Positions 12,201-23,745 of a DNA stretch of 64,000 nt are shown in pieces. Origin of the DNA: Marsupella aquatica (lineage: Eukaryota; Plantae; Marchantiophyta); NCBI GenBank assembly GCA_973895155.1, contig OZ316899.1, forward strand, positions 13,891,934 to 13,955,933. The letters are read 5' to 3'. Both the position numbers and the translations under genes were made by a program. The first letter of the stretch is position 1. Every line of letters starts with the position of its first letter. The notes beneath the pieces were generated by a model. That model saw nothing but the letters and a program-made list of their open reading frames with translations, had not been told where the DNA came from and did no database searches.

Positions 12201-13827
12201 TCTCTCTCTCTTGACCCACTTTCCCAGCTGGCCCTGGAAAAACCGATTGTCACTAACTGCTATATGCATTATTGGACCACAGAGTGTCTGGATCACTGAG
12301 CTCAGGCAACTTGGGTACGAGGAACGCCTCCCCAAACCTGCCCATATTGGCATTCAAGCCATCATGTCGACGATCGAATCAACTGTATTACATGAGTTTA
12401 TCCAAACTTTTGATTCCGCACTGATTGCCAAGGCAAATGAAGGTCCGCAAATCTATCTCTTGAGTACTTTGGGCATCTAGGAGTTTTGTGTCATCGCTGA
12501 CCTTGATGCTCGTAAACTGGGAGACCAAGCTTTGCAACAACTCAAGGACTACTCGGAATCCCTCCGTCATATGTTGGAGCAGGATAATAAGAAATACTCA
12601 GCTGCTGAGGAAACTGCCAACAAGATTGCTACGGCTATTCACCGGCCATATCAGGCCCCAAGTAGTACACCAATACCACCTCCGGCAGCAATGGCTACAC
12701 AGCTACAGAACAATCCATTATTCAGAATGCACTTCTATCGGGCTGAGGAGATACCCATGTTGCAAAGACACATCTCATTGGTTGATTCTTCACAGAAGGC
12801 ATCTATGAGTCATTTATCAGGTGGAGACCAGTACATTCCTACGTTCCCTCTTAGGAATTATGAGTGGGAGTTGTCACGCAACGACGGACAAGCATGGGCT
12901 GTTCCGAATCTCAACATGCTTGCACCCATCACACTGGATATGTGGAAACAATGGGCCACCATATCTGATGCAGAAATACAGACATGCAGAGAACACGCAC
13001 TGGTTGCCGATTCCCCATCCAAACGGTATCTTGGGAATAGTGCGTGGCCCATGAAGAACTTCGCGGCCGGGAAATACAGCTGTGCTGAACCTGCTCTGGT
13101 TCGTGTAAGGCTCGACCTTAACACTAAGTCTCCACGGGAGGAATCCCATCCATCGAAGATGTGGAATTGGCACCGGCCTTTTTTAAAATGTGATTGTATG
13201 TCTTCGCGGGATAAGAAAAACTCATGTGATTCCAAGATGCTATGGTTTGACCATGGAATATGGTATATGCTTACACATATGGACCTGTTTTTTGAAGCTG
13301 AAGGAATGCCCGGAAAAATGATGTCTCTGCTTGTGTTTTTAAGCACCGATGCCAAGCCATCAGTACTGGATCACATCACTTTTATGTTCATCCGGGAGAT
13401 GATGATCAACGCCTGCCTGGGGCTCTACAATAATCCACTGGCACCCGTGCTACCCGAATGTGGCCGTGGACATTGTGTCCAGATGATTGAACGGCTTATT
13501 AAGCCACCAGAATTCTCTGATGCTATCACTGAGGATAGTAGATCGGGCGCCAAGAGAAGATGGGACCTCAATGATACTCCTGTCCGTAATACTGAGCCTC
13601 AGCGGAGGTCTCTCTTCCGAAATCAGACACCAGCCGGTACACCTAATTATGGCACGGGGTATGGGCGTGGATACAACAATCACAATTCTGCCCCAGCGCC
13701 TGGACAAAATTCCTATGGACGTGGACGCAATCGTGGAGGTCGGAACCACCACCAATACAATGGTGGACCTCGCAACAATAACTATTCTCCACTCCAACGT
13801 CGAAACATCAATTTCGACCAACGATAG
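12127..13827 (+). pseudogene. PLE ORF1, unknown protein (~520-560 aa) with Cys/His cluster and RG/N-rich tail; one in-frame TAG at 12478-12480
   Basis: ORFs 12127-12480 and 12532-13827 share a frame, and homology to 20287-21823 spans the stop (WITELRQLGY/WSRELLSLGY; WNWHRPFLKCDC/WNWHRPFLRCSC; WFDHGIWY/WFDHAIWY). Start codon uncertain. Confidence 0.8.
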
Positions 13828-14964
13828 AGGCTATACCGGCAATTACACTGCATGACATAATATATGCTGCTCGGATCATATGACGTATACTTGGGATACC
13901 TAGACATGCACTCCATCTTCTGAATCATTGAAAATAGATCTGTTTTGATGATGCATTTTCATACCATTTTTGCGGGTCTTACATACACCGGGAGCACAGA
14001 ACCCGTATGTACCCGGGCTTGGATCCGGATGATTTATGGCGAGGTCTCACTTGGAGACTAGATCACAAACTATCCTTAGTCTGGACAAAAGCAGTGGTTC
14101 ACTGTCTAGTCAACAATGTAATACGTCCATGCCAATTTAATAGTTTGACCACGGCTATAGGTTTATGAATGCTCATGCATCACAATGATCTTGCATATTT
14201 TGTATGGTTCGGATTTTGGAAACATCAACAGGGCAAAACTGCTTTTGTTGGTAGATGTTGATATGTTTGGGCAATACTGCTGATAGATACACATGCTACT
14301 GATGAACTTGAGTTATATATGACACGACACGAATCATGATCCTGTTTAGGATAGCTTAATGCATGTTGATGCCCGATAGGACCTTTCTTGCTTGGCTGTA
14401 TGATATGACTTTTTAGTGTCTGGCGGGGCTTATAATGTTAACCATTCACATGATATCCTAAATGGTCTACGTCTTTCCTTGACTGCACACATACTACCTT
14501 GAGATTATGCACAGCATCTCACTGAGGTTCTTGAAGTATGGGCAGCACTAATGGGATATATCTTACCTTGGGATAATGCACGTTATCCCACTGAGGTCCT
14601 GAAAGATATGTAGTCAATCATCATGGGTTTCGGTTGTGTTTATAAGCTTGGACGTCACCACTCTTTACTTTTACTTGATCCACAAATATCCATTAACTAC
14701 TGTGGACTGGAATACTATGTCATGGCTATCGCAGACTTGACTTTACTCTCGGAATGTTCTGAGTGGAATATTTTTCAGTTGACGGCATTGCATCAATCGT
14801 CTCGACTCAGATCTTATAATACAGTGATCCTAGTACCTGCAAGCGAACACATCATTTACGGATACAAGATACCAATTTGCCACTACCAACTGTTCCCGAC
14901 AAATGATACCTGTTAAACACCACTTTACATGCGGATGAGACTGCGCTGATCTATTTTATTTGCA

Positions 14965-17190
14965 ATGGAAGATACTCCTACTCCTATACAGGAGAACCGC
15001 AATGACGACTCCATGATGGATCCAACACAAAATGAATCACCACAGAGGGTCATGATCACACTTCCGCATGGACGTTGGTCCATTACACGTACCAAAGACC
15101 GAAAGATCATTGGTTATATACATCTCACATACGTGAATCGGGGTTTTGAATGGATTCGGGTGAAATCCATTTTTCATGAATTTCTTTGGTCACACAAACT
15201 TGAGGATGCTGCTACTGCCTTGGATGATATTATATTTGGGTGGAGACACCTACCACCTATTTCTACCATGGTCTACCTACCAAGGGCGGTATTTTGCGAC
15301 TTCACTATCACTGAAGCCGAAGATACTGTGAGACCATGTGACTGTGGGCAACGACGTTTTTGACCTTTTGTGGATAATTTAACTGCTCTCGATGGCACAC
15401 AAGCACATGTCAGAACAGCTGATCTAAACATCATACATAGCAAGATACTTCGAGACATGTTAAGATGTGGACTCAACCACATTCCTATGCAACCCACTGA
15501 GCTTGCGGAGATTATTCAGGAGGTGGATAGGGCATGGCACAAGACTGTTGGGCTACTTGATATCGACCCACATATGCGAGAAGTTGGGACCACTTGGATT
15601 ACATCACAAGTGGACAAACAACTTCGTGCGGGTGCACGGAACAACACAGGCGGACATCGTATATCCACAAGATATTTACTACCGGCCAATGCGGTAGATG
15701 AGTTGAGATACCTCTCAGAGAGGTTTTTTATGGCTGGCTTAGATAAAGCCAACAACAACATTTCCATAATTTGCATTCAACATCTCCGACAAATGGCATT
15801 AGCCAGATTGAGGGAACCAGACTTCACTACTATCCCTACATCGACTGAACAAACTATGATAAACCTGCAACAGTCAATCGAATCACTAATTCCCGAAATC
15901 AGATTTCGGCCGCTTGGATTACCATATCTTATGGCTACCTACAAACTCCACAAACAGAAATATCGATGGATCACCAGTGCATCAAATTGCATCTTCTCTG
16001 GTTTGGCTAGCTTGATCACACAGGTACTCAAGCTGCTACTGAATGAAATACGAGACTGGTGTGGGAAGCAGACTCATGCTATTTACCTGATTACTGGCAA
16101 ACGATTTAACTTCTTATGGATGATTGAATCCATGTTTGAATTTGTCCTCAACCTTCCGACAAATATCCACAGCATGTTTGTTGCTGACATAACACGGTGC
16201 TACGAAATGATCCCACTCACGGGTGATGATAATCTCCCAGAGGCTTTGGAATACATTGTCAAGAAGGCTTTTCGACATCACAAGGGTCAGGCTAAATCAC
16301 ACAACGTGTGGGTACACTTTGATACCTCTAACAGGATGGCTGATAAAGCACGATGGCATTCACGAATACCAGGCAAAACGTGTTGGATCGAGGTCACACA
16401 AGCACGCTTCATTCAGCTACAAAACTGGTTGATTCATAATTGCTACATTCGACTTGGTGACGCGACATGGCGACAACATACCGGAATACCAATGGGATTT
16501 TCATGCTCACCTCTGTGGTGTAATCTCTACTTTGTGGCATACGAAATCCGGTTCATGCTCAGGTTGGCAAGACTCCAACGTTATGATTTGATGGAGCTAT
16601 TTCAATCTACATTTCGGTACATCGACGATTTCTGTACCCTCAACAACACACAAATACAAGAGTTTCTACAGCCTGATCATCCGCGTAACGAAGAATCACC
16701 GTTCTGGATTTATCCACTACAGATTGTGGAAATCAAGGCCGAACTTGACAAATATGTGGAAAATAATGAATTTTGGGGCACCAAAGGACACTTCCTAAAT
16801 GTCCTAGTGGAGATCGTGGACACACAGACGGGAGAACACACTACGACCAAATACGATAAGCGCCGATGTCTACCGTTTCCCTTCCAACAATATATCCAGT
16901 TCAAATCTAACCGACCAGTGCAACAGGCATACAATATCACAATTTCGCAAATGTTGCCCATTCTATATATGGCCAACTCCCCTGTCTTAGCTATGGCGGA
17001 ACTAGACAGGCTTGCACAGACTCTTTGCGCTAATGGATTTGCCATTCATCGAATATTCAGGTTAATGCTCAGATTTTGTACTGAACAACTACTACCTGGC
17101 ATTAGACTTGACATTTCGGCAGTGATCTACATGCTCCGACAGCGAGCTTTTAATGATGCCAATGCCAGAGTCCGGCAATCCATACAATGA
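14965..17190 (+). pseudogene. PLE ORF2: CxC linker + Penelope-type reverse transcriptase; one in-frame TGA at 15361-15363
   Basis: ORFs 14965-15363 and 15370-17190 are in frame. RPCDC..HVRTADL..LRDMLRCGLNHIP resembles the Naiad/Chlamys CxC linker; RT motifs DKANNN, YKLHK..YRWI, VADITRCYEMIP, GIPMGFSCSPLWCNLY, FRYIDD, HFLNV, YDKR. Confidence 0.9.
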
Positions 17191-17429
17191 TACACGAATC
17201 ATGGATTAGAGACAATAGCCCGCCACTAGTCAATGACCACCGATGATGTACACGCACAATGGGATGCATTTCTCGCATCGATAACGATACCATTTGGGCC
17301 CAAGCAAGTTTTTTTGTCACGTTTGATTCAAGGGAGTAGCTGTTTGATATCTTTAAAGATCCAGATCTACAATGTTTTTCAGATTTTCCATGGAGAGAAA
17401 GAGAGCGAATGTTATCTGCTTTATTTGGA

Positions 17430-17474
17430 GAGTATGGTATGCACTCCCTCCTGGGGTGAGTGCATACCATACTC
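17430..17474. other. Perfect 17-bp-stem hairpin
   Basis: GAGTATGGTATGCACTC (17430-17446) / GAGTGCATACCATACTC (17458-17474); a second imperfect hairpin follows at ~17484-17523. Confidence 0.9.
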
Positions 17475-17516
17475 ATCCCGGGAGGGAGCTCCATACCATG
17501 GGTATATGGTGGTGGG

Positions 17517-17550
<34 letters not shown>

Positions 17551-17552
<2 letters not shown>

Positions 17553-18716
17553 AGAGGAACATGGAAGACTAATGATGACAACCCTCGGAAACTAAATGGG
17601 ATGTGGATATAAGTCTGGACTTTGTCATATGAGAGGGCATGACCCCCATAACACTTCAATCCTAATACATCAATATTGGTTTACATAAACCTGGGCTATC
17701 GGAGTAGACCCAACAAACCTAGGCGCCCACGTTTGGCCCTGGAAAATACCCTAAAAACGCCGCCAAAGCAACGGCACTGCCATTTCTTGAGTCGGTTGTT
17801 TGTGCCCAGTGGCTCCTGAATTACATTCTAAGCCATACGAAAACACCACACACTGAGGTCTGTGACGTTGCATTATACACTGTAGCAAGCTCGTGCCAGC
17901 TCTGGCAAGGATCAGCTTCAACCTGCTGCAGCTCGTAAGGACAACCTGTTCACAGATCGTGAAGGAGGAAAGGTGTCGACTGTGCAGGATTCAGTAGAAT
18001 CCAATGGGTGATAAAAATAAACAGGTACAATGTGTGACTATGTATGGGAAAATGTTCATATCTAATGCTTTCTGAAATACGAAATTGCTCATACTGTCAT
18101 CGCTCCAATAAAATAGATGCTTAGGATGAAGTGACTAATCTATCCCTAGCCCATGTCTCCCCGTAGCCGTCCGGACAATGCTACAGAAACATGGGACATG
18201 AGATTTTGTTTTTACCACATTATTTCTACCCTGTGACGGGGGCTGAATGAAGGCGCAGGGGATGTGGATCACTTCAGTCAAGTGATCCCTAGGGACAGAG
18301 TATGGCCCATGCTCAATGTCTCTGACTAGACATTGGAGTAAGCCGTCACTCATCGAAAAATCGCATGTGTAAATGGGTACACTGGATTTAATTCTAATGA
18401 TAATGAGAAGCTACGAATGATCCAGTGATTTACGGGTATGGTGAATGTAGATGGTTATGATATCTCTGAGTGATGATTCTATGGTTTAACATCTACCAGT
18501 GTACATTTATTAAATTGAACAGCGATCGGCATATAAGAAATTATGAGTATACTATTACCATCTATATGATATGTGTATGGATATGAGTATAAGTATGGGC
18601 GATGCACGCAACTGAAGAATAAATTGTGGATTTCGGAATGCTATGTCGTCAGTAACAATCGGTCCTGAGTTATATCAGGGTGTGATACTATGTGTATGGA
18701 CACAAGTTTCTATCGA
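17551..18716 (+). repeat. Downstream pseudo-LTR (1166 bp)
   Basis: Direct copy of 11035-12200; bounded by CT tracts at 17519-17550 and 18717-18729. Confidence 0.95.
18139..18299 (+). ncRNA. Same RNA structure (copy B, in downstream pseudo-LTR)
   Basis: Identical to 11623-11783. Confidence 0.75.
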
Positions 18717-19400
18717 TCTCTCTCTCTCTTTACAAGATGACCCATTCAATAATCAATCTGTCTCTCAGTTCAATTGCACCTTGTACCCCAACTCTGTATA
18801 ATTTTATTCATACCCACAATAAGTACTAAATCACAAAAACACATATAGTCAGGAGAAATATCTACGTATGTAGTCACCGCATTCAAGATAATACATCCAC
18901 ACCACCTATCCAGATCCACCCTAAATCTAACGGCTACCGCAGGCTTAAAAAAACTAAACCTAAAAAAACTTTTCTCCCCTCTTACGTAAGATGCCCTACC
19001 TACACACTTTTACCATTATATAAAGCATGCTCACCACAGGCTCTGACGCATAGTTCCTCCTGAAACATTCCTTTTTGCATGGTACTTCCCCCCTCTACGT
19101 AAAGCATTCTCCTGAAACATCTTCAACCTCCAGGTTGAATGACTGGCTCATATTCAGTTTATCTCTTCTCACTGTCACCCTATTCTTTTGTCTCTTACTG
19201 GTGGCACTCTGCCCCACTCTGTTCTTTCGTCCTTTACCACTAGCTCTTTTTTCTTAGCCCTATAGAATTACTTTCTGAGCAATCCAGTGCACACTCTTGT
19301 AAAGATTCCTGACCATAGCTAATGGCGCGAGCTGAATAGGTACCATTCTTAGCATATTGACTCCTTTGCTGTTATATTTTCATGAATAACTTAGTCTAGC

Positions 19401-19563
19401 CCATAACTGATATATGTCTCCCCGTTACCGCCTGGGCATCCTGGTAACAGAAACATATAGCATGAATTTGTCAGTTACTTGGCTTGATTCACCCTGGTGA
19501 CGGGGGCTGAATGACGAACCTAGGGCTTGCAATGTAGTCATGTCAACTACATGTCAGTTATGG
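19401..19563 (+). ncRNA. Same RNA structure, diverged subfamily (copy C)
   Basis: Closing stem CCATAACTGA/TCAGTTATGG; TATATGT/ACATATA; GTTACC/GGTAAC; CCCTGG/CTAGGG; ATGTAGT/ACTACAT; same invariant loops as copy A. Confidence 0.75.
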
Positions 19564-20286
19564 TTGATGGTCTACTTCTGTCTGTAAGACAAACAGATTG
19601 GATGCACCGATAGTCCATGCATAAAGCTCTGCTTAGAGCTGGATGCTAGTTATAATAAGCTTTATATGTGTTGTATACTGACCCTGCTAACTATCAATTT
19701 TTTTCTTGTTCTTAACAATGCAGCAATTCGCTTCTGTCCACACCACTAGTATCTCCAAAAATTATTTCTTGCTGACTTGATAACAAAATTCTTCCTACTA
19801 TACCCCTGGTTTTGAGATCTTTCTACCTATTAATACTTTGTAAAAAGGTTTTTTTGTTATTTCTAACACTTGTTATTTCTGTCACTAGTTTTCTGTCACT
19901 AGTTATCTTGGTCTCTTGTTTTACTCTGTCTTTCATGCAGCAGACCCTGCTACTGCGCTTTGACTATGCTAACTGTATACACATTATGCTAGTGGATGGA
20001 TCATTTCATGAGTATTAATTTCTCTCTCGTCAGACCTTTTCATTTCTTTGGACTTTACCATGTGTCACCGGCAGTATATGAAGTTTTTTAACTTGGACTA
20101 TAAAGGTGTAATGTATATATATCTAAGACTCCTCCCAGACCCTACTGTAGGACCATGACATGCGATAGGTGTGGACAAAGTAATATCTTGATGTGGCCTT
20201 GATTGGGTGTTTTTTTGCTACTTTATTAACATCTCTCTCTAACTTTATTCCACTCCTCTGATTGGATTCGGAGGACCGCTATCAAG

Positions 20287-21823
20287 ATGATTACTAATCC
20301 CACACATCGATGTTCTGTCTGCTCACAAAAACGCTGGTCACGGGAACTCTTGTCTCTAGGATATGATAATGACCTTCCACGCCCATGTAACATGGCACTC
20401 CAAGCAACACTGGCTTCTATTCGCCAAACTGAAATCCATACTGCCATCCAGACACATGATCGGGAAGTAATGAATCGCGGGGAGGACGAAGCACCAGGTC
20501 AGTTACTTCTGCATGTTTTAGGGATCAATGAATGGTTTATTGTTTACCAGGCGGCCGGCTGTATCAGCACTGAGGCTACTATGACCAAACTCGATTCCCT
20601 CATTAGCTCTCTAGACAGTTTCGAATACATTGATGAAGACAAACTAGAAACATCCCGCATCACTAGTCGTAAGTTAGCACGCATGCTCGCCTATACACCG
20701 AATGTTCCGACCACAAACGATAGTCGTTCTTCTTCACCTGCGGCTGATGTTGCTTCAAAGCTTCGCGAAAACCCGCTACTCAATACCGCTTGGCTATCGG
20801 AGGAGGAATGCATTGCCTTTGACGAGGCGATCGATGGGGTACAAACATCACAGAAGGAACTGGACGATTCCAAACAGGACGGGGAGCCGTTTATTCCCAA
20901 CAATCCCCCACGTTTTCTCGAATGGGAATCGGCTCGTCAACAATCTGGCACCTATCTCACTCGGTATGTGGAAGTCTTGGGCTTCACTGTCTACTGAAGA
21001 GATCAAAGTCTGCAAAGAGCACGCCCTCCGCAGCTTCTCTTGGATTGAAACCTCCCCCAATATATCAACTAATTGGCCCATGACTATATTTGGCGCTCCC
21101 AAGTACAAATGTACCATGGCGGCTGGAGCTAAGATTCGTGGTAACTTCGTTACCAATTCCTCCCGTTCCTCATAGGAACACAAAACAAAACTCTGGAACT
21201 GGCACCGACCTTTCCTTCGCTGCTCCTGCAACTCTACGTCTAAAGGTGGCTGCACTGGCCAGATCATATGGTTCGATCATGCTATATGGTACATTGCTAA
21301 TCATCTTGAGCTATTCTTTGCTGTGTCATCTACACAGGCGCGACTCATTCTTATGATGAGCTTCTTAGGAGGCGAAGCACGTCGGGTGGTATTGGATCAG
21401 GTCGCATTCTTTTTTACTAGGCAACTTCTACTAGAAGCAGCTGGTGAGCAACTTCGGGATCCCTCGGCACAGCTACTTGCCAATCATGGGGAAGCTAAAG
21501 GTGCTCGTATCATCGAAATGCTCATCAAACCGGGAGAATTTTCGGAGCAAGATCCTACGCCCAAACGTAAATGGAATCTAAATGGGAATTCCCCATTCGT
21601 AGAATCTGCTAATCGTAAGGGCTTCTATGCGAACCAAACTCCCCAACGTGGACGTGGACGCGGCAACTATTCATGGCAACCCAACACTCCCCAATCAGCA
21701 CCTGGAGCACGGCCGCGATTCCAGAACAACAAAGTTCCCAACAAAGCACCAACCAGCAATACGGGATCTTCCATCGGGCAATCACCCCTGCCACGCCGCA
21801 ACATGAACTTCAACGATGTTTAA
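20287..21823 (+). pseudogene. ORF1 homolog (one frameshift ~20940, one TAG at 21173-21175)
   Basis: ORFs 20287-20997, 20702-21175 and 21323-21823 piece together into a protein collinear with 12127-13827. Confidence 0.8.
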
Positions 21824-21992
21824 ACATAGTCGCTTTAGCATACCATCGAATTGGTCATAAATACTAATACTGGAGCATAAATCTTCCTTGCTTTGTTTTC
21901 GATAGCATGAATTTGCACCAGCTTTGATGAAACTGCGCTTCTTATCCCTGGGATTACTATGCTTTGCCTAAATTTGAACCAATTCATTTGTT

Positions 21993-22493
21993 ATGCTACA
22001 CATCGGAAGTCCACGCAATCACCTAATTATATCTTCCTTTACGGCATTATCTAACACACATGTATGCTTATCTACATTCCCAAAAGACCGACACCTTCTC
22101 CAACTTCCGCATGGCCGACGTACAATAACATGCAGTCGGGATCGTTCTTCTCTACAATTTATCCATCTGTTATACACAAGCAGATCCTTCGAATGGCTAC
22201 CTCTTCGATTGATTTTTGCGGAGTGTCTTGAACTGTGCCAACTGAAGACACTCATTCCTGCACTCGATGGTATATGTTTTGGATGGAAATACATGGATGC
22301 TGTATCTACACTTTGTTATCATCCATCTATGGTATTCTGCAACTTCAGCATTTCCTCCTTAACTACGGATCGCGAAACGTGCGCTTGTCAGTTTAACATA
22401 TTTAAAACCTTCTTAGATCCATTGACTAGCAATGAATTCCATTTAGTGGATACACCTTGTTCTAGCCATGTGCGAACGACTAACCTCGACTAA
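21993..22493 (+). pseudogene. N-terminal fragment of PLE ORF2 (CxC linker), RT deleted
   Basis: LPHGRRTITCSRDR..FIHLLYTSRSFEW..FGWKY..VFCNFSI..CAC..HVRTTNL aligns with 14965-15430. Confidence 0.85.
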
Positions 22494-23590
22494 TTTATTT
22501 GCAGGCGACTCTTAACATGTATATTTAAATGATAATTTAGATATTCAGATTTTCCAAAATTTCCAGAATTTATTCTAATTTTCATTTTGGGCAGATGCGA
22601 GGCAAGCTGACAAACAAATGGCCCAAAAATGATTCCAAGCTCTTTTCTCTGCATACTTTCCTCACAAAAATACCCTATACTCTGTCCCCCCAACCAGGTT
22701 TAGTTTTTGCAGAGGCAAGGGTAGTTTGGGTACATAATACCTTTGAGAATGTTATCCATGATGACATCCTATAAACTCCTGGTTTTTCATGAATACTTGA
22801 AAAATGTCATCAGCCATATCTGAAAGACGACTTTCATCCGCAAAATCGAGTGTAGAATATTTCAACAGTTTACTTTAACACATCTACTACTATAGAAGCC
22901 GTGTAAAATGGTTCAGCCTTTGTGACCGACCGCTTCGGTCACGGGCCTGGTATTTGAGAGGTTTGCAAAGGAAATTCTTGCAACAGTAGTGTTGTTGTTC
23001 ACAATACTGCCCTACGGTAGCAATACAATAATGTTGTATCCACTAACAAGGGTGGCTGGGTGGGGGCCGGTTTATGGTCCTTATTCTTAGTATAATTATA
23101 ATAATGGCACTCCTTTATCCTTTTGGTCGGCCCATTGAATAGGGGCGATGGACCGTCTTTCCAAATAAGGGCAAGCGAATGAATCTGAGAAGGGTAATTA
23201 ATGCTAGGTTGCATTGATTAGTCCTAAGCTGCCACCTGACAGGCACAGTTATGTAATGTCTGGCTCAAGCTGCATTTCCCATTACCAGGTCCGCGGCGCG
23301 GTTGTGGGGAGTCTCACTTGGCCTGGCAGGGTCTCATCAGGCTCCATATTATTATTGTATTTTGTGGTGAAATCTTGGCACGAGACAGACCGACCCCGCC
23401 CCCCATCAACCATGGGCGACGACATGTAACTAAAATAAACCAATGAGGGCCAATCGAAAGCTACTATACCTGGCGGGCCTATTGTATTCAGTTAGTAAAG
23501 CCTGTACATTGTGAGGGTATAAAAGAAAGGATGTAGAGGATTGGGGGGGGGAGCAGAGATGACCAACAAAATAAGGGTTTGGTATAGACT

Positions 23591-23745
23591 GAGGGAATGG
23601 TTGAGTCTGCCATAGCTCCCGAATGACAAGCTAGTTGGAGGTATGAAGGGAATTGTGGTTGGGCCTGCCATAGCTCTCGGATGACAAGCTAGTCGGGGTG
23701 TAAAGGGAATGGTTCTGTCTGCCATTGCTCTCGGATGACAAGTTG
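23591..23745. repeat. Three tandem ~56-bp repeats upstream of the helicase gene
   Basis: AGGGAAT..GGTT...CTGCCAT.GCTC.CG.ATGACAAG.T at ~23591, 23646 and 23702. Confidence 0.85.

Larger units (their letters stand above)
10975..18729 (+). mobile_element. Penelope-like retroelement (Naiad/Chlamys-type RT), two ORFs, pseudo-LTRs, inserted in (CT)n
   Basis: Layout: (CT)30 - repeat A - (CT)5 - ORF1 - spacer - CxC/RT ORF2 - (CT)16 - repeat A - (CT)6. Repeat offset is 6516 bp. No TG..CA ends, PBS or integrase. Confidence 0.85.
18730..22493 (+). mobile_element. Second, diverged and 3'-truncated PLE of the same two-ORF family
   Basis: Same order as element 1: RNA motif (19401), short CT tract (~20232-20240), ORF1 homolog, ORF2 N-terminus. 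Left boundary approximate. Confidence 0.8.

Noticed and set aside
13860-14060. GIY-YIG-like scraps in the ORF1-ORF2 spacer (YMLLGSYDVYLG; YTGST....TR)
   Set aside because: Short, interrupted by stops, lacking the downstream conserved residues, and without a counterpart in the short spacer of element 2; an HMM test is still advisable.
15361-15363. In-frame TGA beside the CxC motif as selenocysteine (as in some Naiads)
   Set aside because: It aligns to Lys in the sister copy, fits CGA-to-TGA deamination, and land plants lack Sec machinery; treated as a nonsense mutation.
17191-17553. In-frame C-terminal extension of the RT as an endonuclease
   Set aside because: Two stops precede it, it has no nuclease motif, and it runs through hairpins and the CT tract.
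11035-18716. Direct repeats interpreted as true LTRs of a Gypsy/Copia or DIRS element
   Set aside because: No TG..CA pair, PBS, PPT, integrase, RNase H or recombinase; the RT is Penelope-type.
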